Of a DNA stretch of 64,000 bases, positions 7,785 to 16,824 are shown piece by piece (position 1 is the stretch's first letter; every line of letters starts with the position of its first letter). Position numbers and translations under genes: made by a program. Source of the DNA: an uncultured Nitratifractor sp. (GTDB taxonomy: Bacteria; Campylobacterota; Campylobacteria; Campylobacterales; Sulfurovaceae). The stretch covers positions 787 to 64,786 of the forward strand of contig CAJXJF010000001.1 of the NCBI GenBank assembly GCA_913054475.1, given 5' to 3'. A model generated the notes under the pieces. It was not told the DNA's origin and did no database searches. It saw only the letters and a list, made by a program, of their open reading frames with translations.

Positions 7785-9479
7785 ATGAGAATACTTCTTC
7801 TTGTAAGCGCCTTCAACTCTCTGACACAGCTGGTCTTCTGCCGACTCAGAGACGGAGGATACGAAGTGGCGGTGGAGTACGCCCACGACCGGGATGTTAT
7901 GAGAGACGCCGTGCACAGAATGAGGCCCGATTTGATACTCTGCCCCTATCTGATGCAGAAGATTCCATCGTGGATATACGAAAAGATACCGACGATTATC
8001 TACCACCCCGGACCTCCCGGAGACAGGGGGCCGAGCTCTCTGGACTGGGCGATACTGCAAGAGAGGCGGAGTTGGGGTCTGACTCTGCTTCAGGCCAACG
8101 ACGAGATGGATGCGGGGGATATCTGGGCGTGGAGCGAATTTGTCATGAGAAGAGCGCGAAAGGGGGAGATATACCGCAAAGATATCGCCGCTGCGGCACT
8201 CGCCTTGACGGATGAGTTCATGCAGAAGTTCACCGACGGCACCTTCACGCCTCTTGCGCAGGAGAGTCTGAGCGGCGTGGATTGGCATATCCACCGCATG
8301 GTACGGCAGAGCGACAGAGCCATAGACTGGGAGAGAGATACGACGCAAAGCATTATCCGCAAAATCGACAGTGCCGACAATCAGCCGGGCATACTCGACG
8401 AGATAGCCGGTCTGGAGTGCTATCTCTACGGTGCGTGCGAAGAGAGCGAACTGAGAGGAAAACCGAAAGAGATTATCGCCAAAAGAGATGGTGCCATATG
8501 TCTGGGGACTGTCGATTCCGCGATATGGATCAGCCATCTCGCCCAGCCGGGCCGCTTCAAACTCCCCGCCACCCAGGTCCTCAAGAGCCGTATCAAAGGG
8601 GTGAAAGAGAAGAGAATCCCCCTCTTCACGCAACCGGGGCTGAAGAGTTTCAAAGAGATAACTTTCTACAAAAGAAGCGGGATAGGATATCTGGGTTTCG
8701 ACTTCTACAACGGCGCCATGAGTTCCCAGCAGTGCATCCGTCTGAAATATGCCATAGAGACAGTCGCGAACGATGTTGATATACTGGTACTGCTCGGCGG
8801 TGAGAACTTTTTTTGCAACGGCATACATCTCAATATTCTCGAAGAGAGCAAAAAACAGGGAGAGGATGGCTGGAGCAACATAAACGCCATGAACAGCCTC
8901 GTAGAGAGCGTATTGATGAACGACGAGATTCTTACGGTGGCATCCTTCGGGGCCAATGCCGGCGCCGGCGGAGTCTTTCTGGGGCTCGCCTGCGATTTTG
9001 CTGTGGCATCCGAGAGAGTGGTACTCAATCCCCACTACAAAACGATGGGGCTCAGCGGAAGCGAATACCACAGCTATACCCTGCCTCTGAGAGTCACAGA
9101 GGAGAGAGCAAGGGAGATTCTCGAAGAGGCTCTTCCCATGAGTGCGAAACATGCCAAAGAGATTTCAATGATAGACGAGGTCCTGCCCGTAGAGGACTAT
9201 ATGCGACACCTCTACACATACTGCGAAGCCCTTCTTGCGGACGAAGAGCGCTACTACGAGCTCCTGGATGAGAAGAGAGAGAGGCTAAAAAGAGACGCAC
9301 AGAAGATTGCGGAGTGCAGAGAGAGGGAGCTTTCGCGAATGCATCCCCAATTCTGGGACCCCAACAGCGACTTTCACAGACTCCGACACGAATTCGTCTA
9401 TAAGATATGCCGCACGAAAGCCCCCGAAAGACTATGGAGCTATGCAAATAGTGCTTTACGATGCGATAGTATAGTCTGA
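7785..9479 (+). CDS. hypX: HypX/HoxX-like hydrogenase maturation factor (formyltransferase + crotonase domains)
   Basis: The N-terminal domain is formyltransferase-like (IIYHPGPPGDRGPSSLDWAI). The C-terminal domain is enoyl-CoA hydratase-like (GGENFFCNGIHLN, GANAGAGGVFLGLACD). It is 564 aa and follows hypE. Confidence 0.8.
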   Translation: MRILLLVSAFNSLTQLVFCRLRDGGYEVAVEYAHDRDVMRDAVHRMRPDLILCPYLMQKIPSWIYEKIPTIIYHPGPPGDRGPSSLDWAILQERRSWGLTLLQANDEMDAGDIWAWSEFVMRRARKGEIYRKDIAAAALALTDEFMQKFTDGTFTPLAQESLSGVDWHIHRMVRQSDRAIDWERDTTQSIIRKIDSADNQPGILDEIAGLECYLYGACEESELRGKPKEIIAKRDGAICLGTVDSAIWISHLAQPGRFKLPATQVLKSRIKGVKEKRIPLFTQPGLKSFKEITFYKRSGIGYLGFDFYNGAMSSQQCIRLKYAIETVANDVDILVLLGGENFFCNGIHLNILEESKKQGEDGWSNINAMNSLVESVLMNDEILTVASFGANAGAGGVFLGLACDFAVASERVVLNPHYKTMGLSGSEYHSYTLPLRVTEERAREILEEALPMSAKHAKEISMIDEVLPVEDYMRHLYTYCEALLADEERYYELLDEKRERLKRDAQKIAECRERELSRMHPQFWDPNSDFHRLRHEFVYKICRTKAPERLWSYANSALRCDSIV

Positions 9480-9606
9480 CTACCGATATCCCGATTATCA
9501 AAGCAACTTATCATGCCCTGCGTTTTGTACCGTATATACCTCGGTGAGGATAGGCAAAACCCTCTTCTTCTCTACCCTTGTGAAGAGAGATTGCAACTAT
9601 CGTTGA

Positions 9607-10788
9607 TCAGGATTTCGAGAGTTCGCCGACGAACTTCTCGATACGCCTGACGCCCTCGCGTATTGTTACTATATTGGTAGCGAAGGAGAATCGGAAATAG
9701 CCTTCGGTGCCGAAACCTATGCCAGGTACGACGGCCACTCCATATCTTTTTAGTAGTTCGGCGCAAAAGTGCATGGAGTCGTCGCTTACATCCTTGATAT
9801 TGACGAAGAGATAGAAAGCGCCTTTGGGTCTGAGTACACTAAGCCCCTCTATCTGATTGAAGAGTTCCGTAGCCTCCTTCGCTCTGGCTTCAAAAGCCTC
9901 CCTCATACTCAGGATATCCTCGTCCACCTCGCCGAGTAGAGCCGGTATCGCCGCCTTCTGCACGATGGAGCAGATATTGGAAGTACTCTGAGACTGCAAA
10001 GCGGTCATTTTGGATACGAGCTCGCTGTCGGTACAAGCGAGATATCCGAATCTCCACCCTGTCATTGCCACAGCCTTGCTCAATCCGTTTACGGTAATGG
10101 TGCGTCTATACATATCCTCACTTACCGATGCTGTTGCTGTAAATACGGTTCCGTCATAGAGCAGTTTTTCATACATTTCGTCACTGACGACCATGATATC
10201 GGTACCTTCGAGCACTCTGCCGAGCTCTTCGAGCTCTTTTCTGCTATATACCGAACCGGTCGGATTGGAGGGAGAGTTCAAGATGAGAAGTTTACTTCTC
10301 TCACTTATGGCGGCACTGAGTTCGGCAGGGGTCAGTTTGAAGGAGTTTTTCTCATCCGTATGCACAATAACCGGTTTTGCACCGGTATATTTGACAAGTT
10401 CGGGATATGTAACCCAGTAGGGTGCCGGTATTATCACCTCGTCACCTTCGTTCAGAAGAGCCTGGGTAATATTGAAGAGTGACTGTTTCGCTCCGTTGCT
10501 CACCAATATTTGATTACGCTCGTACTTCAAGCCGTTATCCCTCTTTAGCTTGTATGATATTGCATCGAGAAGCTCCGCAATACCCGCAACGGCCGTATAT
10601 TTGGTGAAACCACTCTCTATAGCCCGTATGGCTGCATCTTTTATCTTTCTGGGAGTGTCGAAATCGGGTTCTCCCGCCGAGAAGCTCAGTATATCCTTTC
10701 CCTCCTCCTTGAGGTTTCGGGCCAGTGTAGAGATGGCTATAGTCATGGAAGGCGATAGAGTCTTTATACGATTAGAAAGCATTTGCAT
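9607..10788 (-). CDS. class I PLP-dependent (aspartate-type) aminotransferase
   Basis: Motifs SAGEPDFDTP, NSPSNPTG and the PLP-lysine block GLSKAVAMTGWRFGY. 393 aa. Confidence 0.9.
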   Translation of the reverse strand: MQMLSNRIKTLSPSMTIAISTLARNLKEEGKDILSFSAGEPDFDTPRKIKDAAIRAIESGFTKYTAVAGIAELLDAISYKLKRDNGLKYERNQILVSNGAKQSLFNITQALLNEGDEVIIPAPYWVTYPELVKYTGAKPVIVHTDEKNSFKLTPAELSAAISERSKLLILNSPSNPTGSVYSRKELEELGRVLEGTDIMVVSDEMYEKLLYDGTVFTATASVSEDMYRRTITVNGLSKAVAMTGWRFGYLACTDSELVSKMTALQSQSTSNICSIVQKAAIPALLGEVDEDILSMREAFEARAKEATELFNQIEGLSVLRPKGAFYLFVNIKDVSDDSMHFCAELLKRYGVAVVPGIGFGTEGYFRFSFATNIVTIREGVRRIEKFVGELSKS

Positions 10789-11103
10789 ACCCTTTTTTCA
10801 TAATTATACAATGAATAGGTTTCGATTCGAGGCGATAGGGTGTCAAATTACCGAAAAGTCGGGTAAGCTATCTTCCCAATTTCACACTATCGGACTTTGC
10901 TGTGGCTCTTTTTTCGCTCTTTTGGGGTATTGCTCCAAAAAAGCAGTTTCGGCGGAGGGATGATTCGAGTATATGTTTTTATATCTTTATTCAAATACAA
11001 TTAAGATAAACTATGCCATCATTAAGTCATGAGGAGGGGGTGGAGGAAGGCCTATCCTCTTATGAACAGTATGAACGACACATAGGCAAAAGGAGGGAAA
11101 GAG

Positions 11104-11895
11104 ATGAATACTTATTCAAGTGTGAGGATGAAGATCGGAGTTTTGGCGGTGTCGATCTTCGCAGTACTTGGCTCGCTTCATGCGATAGAGATCGCCAATA
11201 TCGCTCAGGCTGTAGATATAGCGGGCAAGCAGAGGATGTTCACGCAAAGAATGCTCAAAGATTATGCGATGGTGGGTATAGGCAACAGTTTCGCCAATCC
11301 CGCCGAAGATCTGAAGAAGGTGATGAAGGAGTTCGATGATCACTTGGAGTCCCTCCACACTTTTGCCAAAGATTCGCAGACAAAAAAGAGTCTCGAGTCT
11401 CAGAGGAGTCTGTGGGAGCCGATAAAGAGACTGCTTCAGGAGAAGCCCGAAAAGGAGAAAGCCGTGATTTTGCAGAAGAAGCTGGATGAACTTCTCTCGG
11501 CCGCAGACAAGACTACGAAACTCTTCGCCGCACAGACAGGCAAGAAATCGGGAGAGATAATCAATATCTCTGGAAGGCAGAGGATGCTTTCGCAAAGGAT
11601 GGCGAGTCTCTATATGCTGAAAGTGTGGGGTATCGACGATCCGCAATTCAAAAAGAAGATGGATGATGCGATGAAACTTTTTGAAACATCGCTCAAGAAG
11701 CTGGAGGCCTCGGAGCTCAACAATGAAAAGATAAACGAACTTCTAAAAAGAGTGGACAAGAGCTTCGGTTTTTTCAAGATTATGAACAGCTCGAGTAATA
11801 GATTCATACCGTCGCTCATATATAGTAAATCGAACGAGATTCTAAAAGATATGAATACGGTTACAGGTCTGTATGCATCCCAGAAAATTCGATAA
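11104..11895 (+). CDS. secreted protein with two PilJ/NarX-P-box-type four-helix sensor modules
   Basis: Signal peptide (KIGVLAVSIFAVLGSLHA). Two P-box-like motifs: IAGKQRMFTQRMLKDY and ISGRQRMLSQRMASLY. No TM or output domain. Confidence 0.75.
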   Translation: MNTYSSVRMKIGVLAVSIFAVLGSLHAIEIANIAQAVDIAGKQRMFTQRMLKDYAMVGIGNSFANPAEDLKKVMKEFDDHLESLHTFAKDSQTKKSLESQRSLWEPIKRLLQEKPEKEKAVILQKKLDELLSAADKTTKLFAAQTGKKSGEIINISGRQRMLSQRMASLYMLKVWGIDDPQFKKKMDDAMKLFETSLKKLEASELNNEKINELLKRVDKSFGFFKIMNSSSNRFIPSLIYSKSNEILKDMNTVTGLYASQKIR

Positions 11896-11914
11896 TCGTA
11901 AGAAGGAGTAGAAG

Positions 11915-12703
11915 ATGTATAAAAGGATATCGAAAGTAGTAGGTGGTACGATATTTGTTCTACTTTGTACGATTGCAACTTTATATGCCGCACCACAAAA
12001 GGGTGATGATATAGTAAAACTGATAAACATAGCCGGAAAGCAGAGAATGCTCTCTCAGAGGATAGCCAAAGACTATCTATATATAGGTAAAGGAATCGCT
12101 GTCGACAAAGCCAGCAAGCAGCTGAAAAAATCTCTCGAAGAGTTCGAGAGAGGGGGGAAGATTTTGAGCGAATCGATAAACGATCCGGAGATAAAGAATC
12201 TACTCGCATTTGTCGATATGAGTCTGGGTGAGTTGAAGTCGGAGTTGAAAAAACCTTTCACTCTCGACAATGCTCAATTGGTACTCGATCTAAGTGAATC
12301 GATGCTGGAAGGTTCGCAGTATATTGTAAGCTCTCTGAAAGAGAAATATCACAAAAGAGAGTCCGACATTGTGGCAAAATCCGGCAGACAGAGAATGCTC
12401 GCGCAAAGAATCGCGAAATATTATATTGCCTATCAAGTGGGAATCAAGGATAAAAATACCGTCGAGCAGACAAAAAGAGCGGTGGAGGAATTTGGCAAGA
12501 GTCATCAGATTTTGATGAAAAACAAGGAGAATACGCCCGAGATCAATAGAGAGTTGAAAGAGGTTGACAGGCTATGGAATGTAGTTTATAAGTTTTATAT
12601 AAACATAAAAAAGGGTGGATTGCCTCTAATCGTCTATAATACGACAGATGATATTACCGGCAGAATGGATAATGTTACCAACCTGTATGTGAAAATATAC
12701 TAA
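11915..12703 (+). CDS. secreted protein with two PilJ/NarX-P-box-type sensor modules (paralogue 2)
   Basis: Signal peptide, then the motifs IAGKQRMLSQRIAKDY and KSGRQRMLAQRIAKYY. It has the same length and layout as the upstream gene and starts 19 nt after it. Confidence 0.75.
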   Translation: MYKRISKVVGGTIFVLLCTIATLYAAPQKGDDIVKLINIAGKQRMLSQRIAKDYLYIGKGIAVDKASKQLKKSLEEFERGGKILSESINDPEIKNLLAFVDMSLGELKSELKKPFTLDNAQLVLDLSESMLEGSQYIVSSLKEKYHKRESDIVAKSGRQRMLAQRIAKYYIAYQVGIKDKNTVEQTKRAVEEFGKSHQILMKNKENTPEINRELKEVDRLWNVVYKFYINIKKGGLPLIVYNTTDDITGRMDNVTNLYVKIY

Positions 12704-12717
12704 GAAAAGGAAGAGGG

Positions 12718-13479
12718 ATGAGGAAAATTCTACTGTTGTGTCTGTTGATGATAGGTAGCGGTAGCTATCTGTCTGCATCTACACGGGCGGAAGTAAATAT
12801 TCTGGAGGCAACCGAGAATATACGCTATTTGAGTCAGGATATCACCAAAAATTACCTGTACTACTATGCCAATCCGAAAAAAGAGTCCATTCGAAAAAAA
12901 GTCCTTGCCGACCTCGAAAAACTTGTTTCGGATATCAGAACGATAGCTATTACAACCAATAATCAAGATAGTAAAGATATTTTGGAGTTTCTTACATATA
13001 GCAAAAATCAGATAGAAGAGATTCTCAAAAGCAAGCCAGACAAAGAGAAGGCCGCTTTGATGCTCGACTATAGCGAAACACTACTTGAGGGAGCCAACTC
13101 CATAGCGAAACAGCATAGTTATATATATACTGATAGTGAAAAGATGTTGCTTACGAGTAAGAATATAGGTTTTTTTATGGAGAGAATAGAAAAATATTAT
13201 CTCGCCGTAGGAATCGGACTCTCATCATCCATAAATATCAGACTCATGAAGGATGCCATACGCTCTTTCAATAAAAATATCGAAGATGTCATGAAATATG
13301 ATTCATATCCGAAAAGTTTGAGCAAAAAAAGAGAGCTCCTATATAAATATTGGTTGACCAGCAGAAGTCTCATAGAGAAATACAAAGAGTTTTTCGTTCC
13401 CGACATAGTGGAGCTTACGACGGATAAAGTTGAAAAAATTGCCGAGAATTTTATCGTATATCACAGTAAAAACCAATAA
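12718..13479 (+). CDS. secreted divergent paralogue of the PilJ-type proteins (degenerate P-boxes)
   Basis: Signal peptide MRKILLLCLLMIGSGSYLSA. It has the same size and helical layout, but the motif positions read TENIRYLSQDITKNY and GFFMERIEKYYLAV. Confidence 0.6.
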   Translation: MRKILLLCLLMIGSGSYLSASTRAEVNILEATENIRYLSQDITKNYLYYYANPKKESIRKKVLADLEKLVSDIRTIAITTNNQDSKDILEFLTYSKNQIEEILKSKPDKEKAALMLDYSETLLEGANSIAKQHSYIYTDSEKMLLTSKNIGFFMERIEKYYLAVGIGLSSSINIRLMKDAIRSFNKNIEDVMKYDSYPKSLSKKRELLYKYWLTSRSLIEKYKEFFVPDIVELTTDKVEKIAENFIVYHSKNQ

Positions 13480-13496
13480 CAAGGAGCTTGTGAATT

Positions 13497-16400
13497 ATGA
13501 AAAAGAGCAATCAAAAAATACTTTTAACGCTCCTGATAGCCGTACTTTTCGGCATAGCGGGTATGCTGGGTTTTTATGCATACAAGACTTTCGAGCGATA
13601 CAGCTCTCTTAGTGGAATTGTCAAGAAATACGATGCCCTCAAAGATAGTGCCGCTCTCTTGAAAGAGATTGGCGATGAAAGGCTTATGAGTTCGTTGTTT
13701 ATCGGCGGCTCGGAAAAGGTTTCGCTCTCCAAGCTGAAAGAGCAACGCGCCAAGGTGGATGGAGCTATCAAAAAGTTGGAGGTCTCATTGAGAAGACTCA
13801 AAGAGGCAGATAGCCTTGGTAGAGAGTTGAGTATCGCAAAGAGAGTTTTGGCTCGCTCGAGAAGTGCGATAGAGGCGGTTAGTCAGAAATATATCAAGAT
13901 CTTTTCGGGAGATTTTCAGAGAAATGTATATATTCCAATCTTGAGGATAGAGAGAAAAATAGTATCGAGTATCAAGAGAGAGGATGTTTCCGCCATAATG
14001 AGATATGCCACGATGATCGACGAGCTATACGGGAACGAAGAGTTGGAGAGAAGTTTCGTCGCGTTTGCAATAAGTCGCTCGAAGGCTCTTGGAAAGAGTG
14101 ATCTTGTGTTGTGGAATACGATACTCTCGACGGATCTTCTCCCATCTCCCGAGAGAGTGAAGAACGAGGCTCTCAAACAGAGACTGGAGACTATCTTGAT
14201 ACCTTCGAGATACGACAGCAGGATCGATTCTCAGAGAGAATCATTCATATCGGGCATAATGGATGGTAAATATAAAATAGGTACCACACAGTGGATAAAG
14301 AGTACCAACTACAGACTCGACAGACTCATCGAAGCCAAAGATGCGATGGATACATATCTGAGAGAATCGACCGTAACCAACCTCTCCAATCTGAAGAAGC
14401 AGACTATAATCTATGCGGTTGGAGCCGTAATTTTGCTCATTATCGCTCTGGCACTGATTGTATTCTTCTATCACTTGAGTAAAGAGTCAGAAATACTCGA
14501 GAGTGCTCTTAAAAATATAGAGATAGACCTCAGTTCTCAAGGAAGACGAGAACTTCTAAGTGCGGTCGAAAGAAGAGATATGGCGTCCATATATAGAATA
14601 CTCGCTGAAACCATCAGAGAGGCCAATCAGGCCAAGGATCTATTTCTTGCGAATATGTCTCATGAGATTCGAACACCGCTCAATGGTATTGTCGGCTTTA
14701 CCCAACTTCTTAAAAGCACCAAACTTACTCCCGATCAGGCGGAATTTATCTCCGTTATCGAGAGTAGCTCCGACAACCTTCTGGCTATCGTCAACGATAT
14801 TCTCGATCTCTCCAAGATCAACGCGGATAAAATAGAGTTTGAAAGCATTCCATTCAATGCGATATCCAAATTCGAAGATGCTATCGAGTCGTATGGAGCG
14901 AAAGCCGCTCAGAAGAATATAGAGTTCGGTGTCTTTGTCGATCCTTCGCTTCCGAAAACACTAATCGGGGATCCTACGAAGATATCGCAGGTAATAGTCA
15001 ACCTCATAAGTAACGCCATCAAGTTTACCAGCCAACATGGAAGTGTGGATGTAATAATAGAGAAGGTCAAAGAGAGCTCGATGGATGCGACGGTATATTT
15101 TGCCGTCAAAGATACGGGAATAGGGATAAGTGATGAGCAAAAAGGGAAGATATTCGAAGCTTTCGCTCAGGCTGACGCCGGTACGAGTAGAAAATATGGA
15201 GGGACCGGACTCGGCTTGGCTATTTCGAGCAAGCTTGTCGATTTGATGGGCGGAAAGCTCGATATAGAGAGTCAACCTGGGAAAGGCTCGACATTCTTTT
15301 TCACCCTAACTCTTCCCAAAGGTGAGGATCAGGAGAAAGATCTGCCGGATCTTTCGGATCTGAAAGCGGCGCTTCTTCTTCCAGAGGTTGGTATGCAGAT
15401 GAGACAGTGCGATGAAAACCTCCGCTCATATATCGAGTATCTAAAAGTCGGTTTCAAGATTTTATCCGATGATGATCTCTTCGGAAACAGAGGAGAGCTT
15501 CCCAATATATTGTTCATCGATTACAGTTTCATCAACGGCTCCGAGGATTTGCAAAAATATCTCAAACTCGATACGAGTGTGGTACTCGTTACGACTGGAG
15601 AGAGCAAAGATGAGCTCGAAAGTCTTAGAGATAGACTTCTGAAGATAATCTACAAACCTGTGAATTTCTCTAAGACGCTAAGAGCTATTGAAAGCTATAG
15701 AGAGCCTAAAAATATCGAAAGTTTCGAAAAAGAGTCCGAAAAGCAGTTTGATAAGATGAAGATTCTCGTTGCCGAAGATAACCCGATCAACCAAAAACTA
15801 ATAAGAACCACGCTCGAAAAATTCGGTATCGATGTCACCCTCGCCTCCAATGGGCAGGAGGCCTTCGAGTTGAGGAAACAGAACGATTACGACTTGATCT
15901 TCATGGATATACAAATGCCTGTCATGAACGGTCTCGAGGCAACGAGTGAGATATTACGCTATGAAGAAGTGAACCGGATATCGCATATACCTATAATCGC
16001 TCTTACGGCGAATGCCCTGACGGGGGATAGAGAGAAGTATATGGAAGCGGGAATGGATAACTATATCTCAAAACCGATCAATATTGCGGAGTTGAAAAAT
16101 CTGATAGCCTCCTATAGCGAGGGGAGCGAAAAGGGTTCGCAAGAGAAGGTAGCGCATGATAATGCTTCCGAAGATCTTGCGACAAAAGAGACGACAGAGG
16201 AAGAGTTGCGCGAAAGTGAAATAGCTGCGCACAAAGAGAGTAGAGAGCCCGAACAGGAGAAAAGTGAAACTGCTCATCTATCCGAGACGGAAGAGAGAGG
16301 AGTAAAACGAGAGAGTCCGACGGCAAGTGATATCGGTAATCTTGGAAAAGAGCTAAGCGTCTTGCTTTACAATAGAGCCAGAATGCTTTCGAGAAATTTC

Positions 16401-16688
16401 GAGAGAGTCTTGAAAAAGAGAGGGGTGAGGGTGGATATCGCCACCTCAGAAGATGAGCTTATCGAAAAACTGGATAATGGAGATTTCGACTATGTTCTTT
16501 TCGATGCCGGCCTTCTCGGAGAAGATGAATGTTTGATTGTGGAGACGATGAAAGATATGAATGTCGTTCCTATTACACTTAGTAGTGTGAAGATGGAAGA
16601 GGGTGAGAGCTGTACGGATAGTATCGATATACACAATTTTATAGATGAGATAGAGAAAAAGATAATTCTCAACTCTGCAAGTCGATAA
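13497..16688 (+). CDS. hybrid sensor histidine kinase with NIT-like periplasmic domain and receiver domain(s)
   Basis: An N-terminal TM is followed by a periplasmic NIT-like segment ([18 protein letters not shown]...[12 protein letters not shown]) and a second TM. It has the H-box [17 protein letters not shown] boxes [17 protein letters not shown] and [10 protein letters not shown], and a REC domain ([11 protein letters not shown]...[11 protein letters not shown]...ISKPI). There is extra receiver-like sequence on both sides of the REC. Confidence 0.9.
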   Translation: MKKSNQKILLTLLIAVLFGIAGMLGFYAYKTFERYSSLSGIVKKYDALKDSAALLKEIGDERLMSSLFIGGSEKVSLSKLKEQRAKVDGAIKKLEVSLRRLKEADSLGRELSIAKRVLARSRSAIEAVSQKYIKIFSGDFQRNVYIPILRIERKIVSSIKREDVSAIMRYATMIDELYGNEELERSFVAFAISRSKALGKSDLVLWNTILSTDLLPSPERVKNEALKQRLETILIPSRYDSRIDSQRESFISGIMDGKYKIGTTQWIKSTNYRLDRLIEAKDAMDTYLRESTVTNLSNLKKQTIIYAVGAVILLIIALALIVFFYHLSKESEILESALKNIEIDLSSQGRRELLSAVERRDMASIYRILAETIREANQAKDLFLANMSHEIRTPLNGIVGFTQLLKSTKLTPDQAEFISVIESSSDNLLAIVNDILDLSKINADKIEFESIPFNAISKFEDAIESYGAKAAQKNIEFGVFVDPSLPKTLIGDPTKISQVIVNLISNAIKFTSQHGSVDVIIEKVKESSMDATVYFAVKDTGIGISDEQKGKIFEAFAQADAGTSRKYGGTGLGLAISSKLVDLMGGKLDIESQPGKGSTFFFTLTLPKGEDQEKDLPDLSDLKAALLLPEVGMQMRQCDENLRSYIEYLKVGFKILSDDDLFGNRGELPNILFIDYSFINGSEDLQKYLKLDTSVVLVTTGESKDELESLRDRLLKIIYKPVNFSKTLRAIESYREPKNIESFEKESEKQFDKMKILVAEDNPINQKLIRTTLEKFGIDVTLASNGQEAFELRKQNDYDLIFMDIQMPVMNGLEATSEILRYEEVNRISHIPIIALTANALTGDREKYMEAGMDNYISKPINIAELKNLIASYSEGSEKGSQEKVAHDNASEDLATKETTEEELRESEIAAHKESREPEQEKSETAHLSETEERGVKRESPTASDIGNLGKELSVLLYNRARMLSRNFERVLKKRGVRVDIATSEDELIEKLDNGDFDYVLFDAGLLGEDECLIVETMKDMNVVPITLSSVKMEEGESCTDSIDIHNFIDEIEKKIILNSASR

Positions 16689-16824
16689 TATGAATCTCTT
16701 GCAGAAGCGACTTTCGAAAAGTGGCGAAGTAGGGGGCGTTTGATGATAGCTCGAGCTTCCCGAATACATATTTTACGATAGAATTATTTCTCAAATCTAT
16801 ATAAAAAGTTTTTCGGAGTCGAAA

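Noticed and set aside
10811-10963. A 50-codon ORF (MNRFRFEAIGCQ...) and an AT-rich hairpin (CTTTTGG...CCAAAAG) in the 315-bp aspartate-aminotransferase / PilJ-operon intergenic region.
   Set aside because: There is no RBS, no recognisable fold or signal, and the hairpin lacks a U-tract on either strand. The region is more likely promoter or regulatory DNA for the sensor operon, but I cannot define sites.
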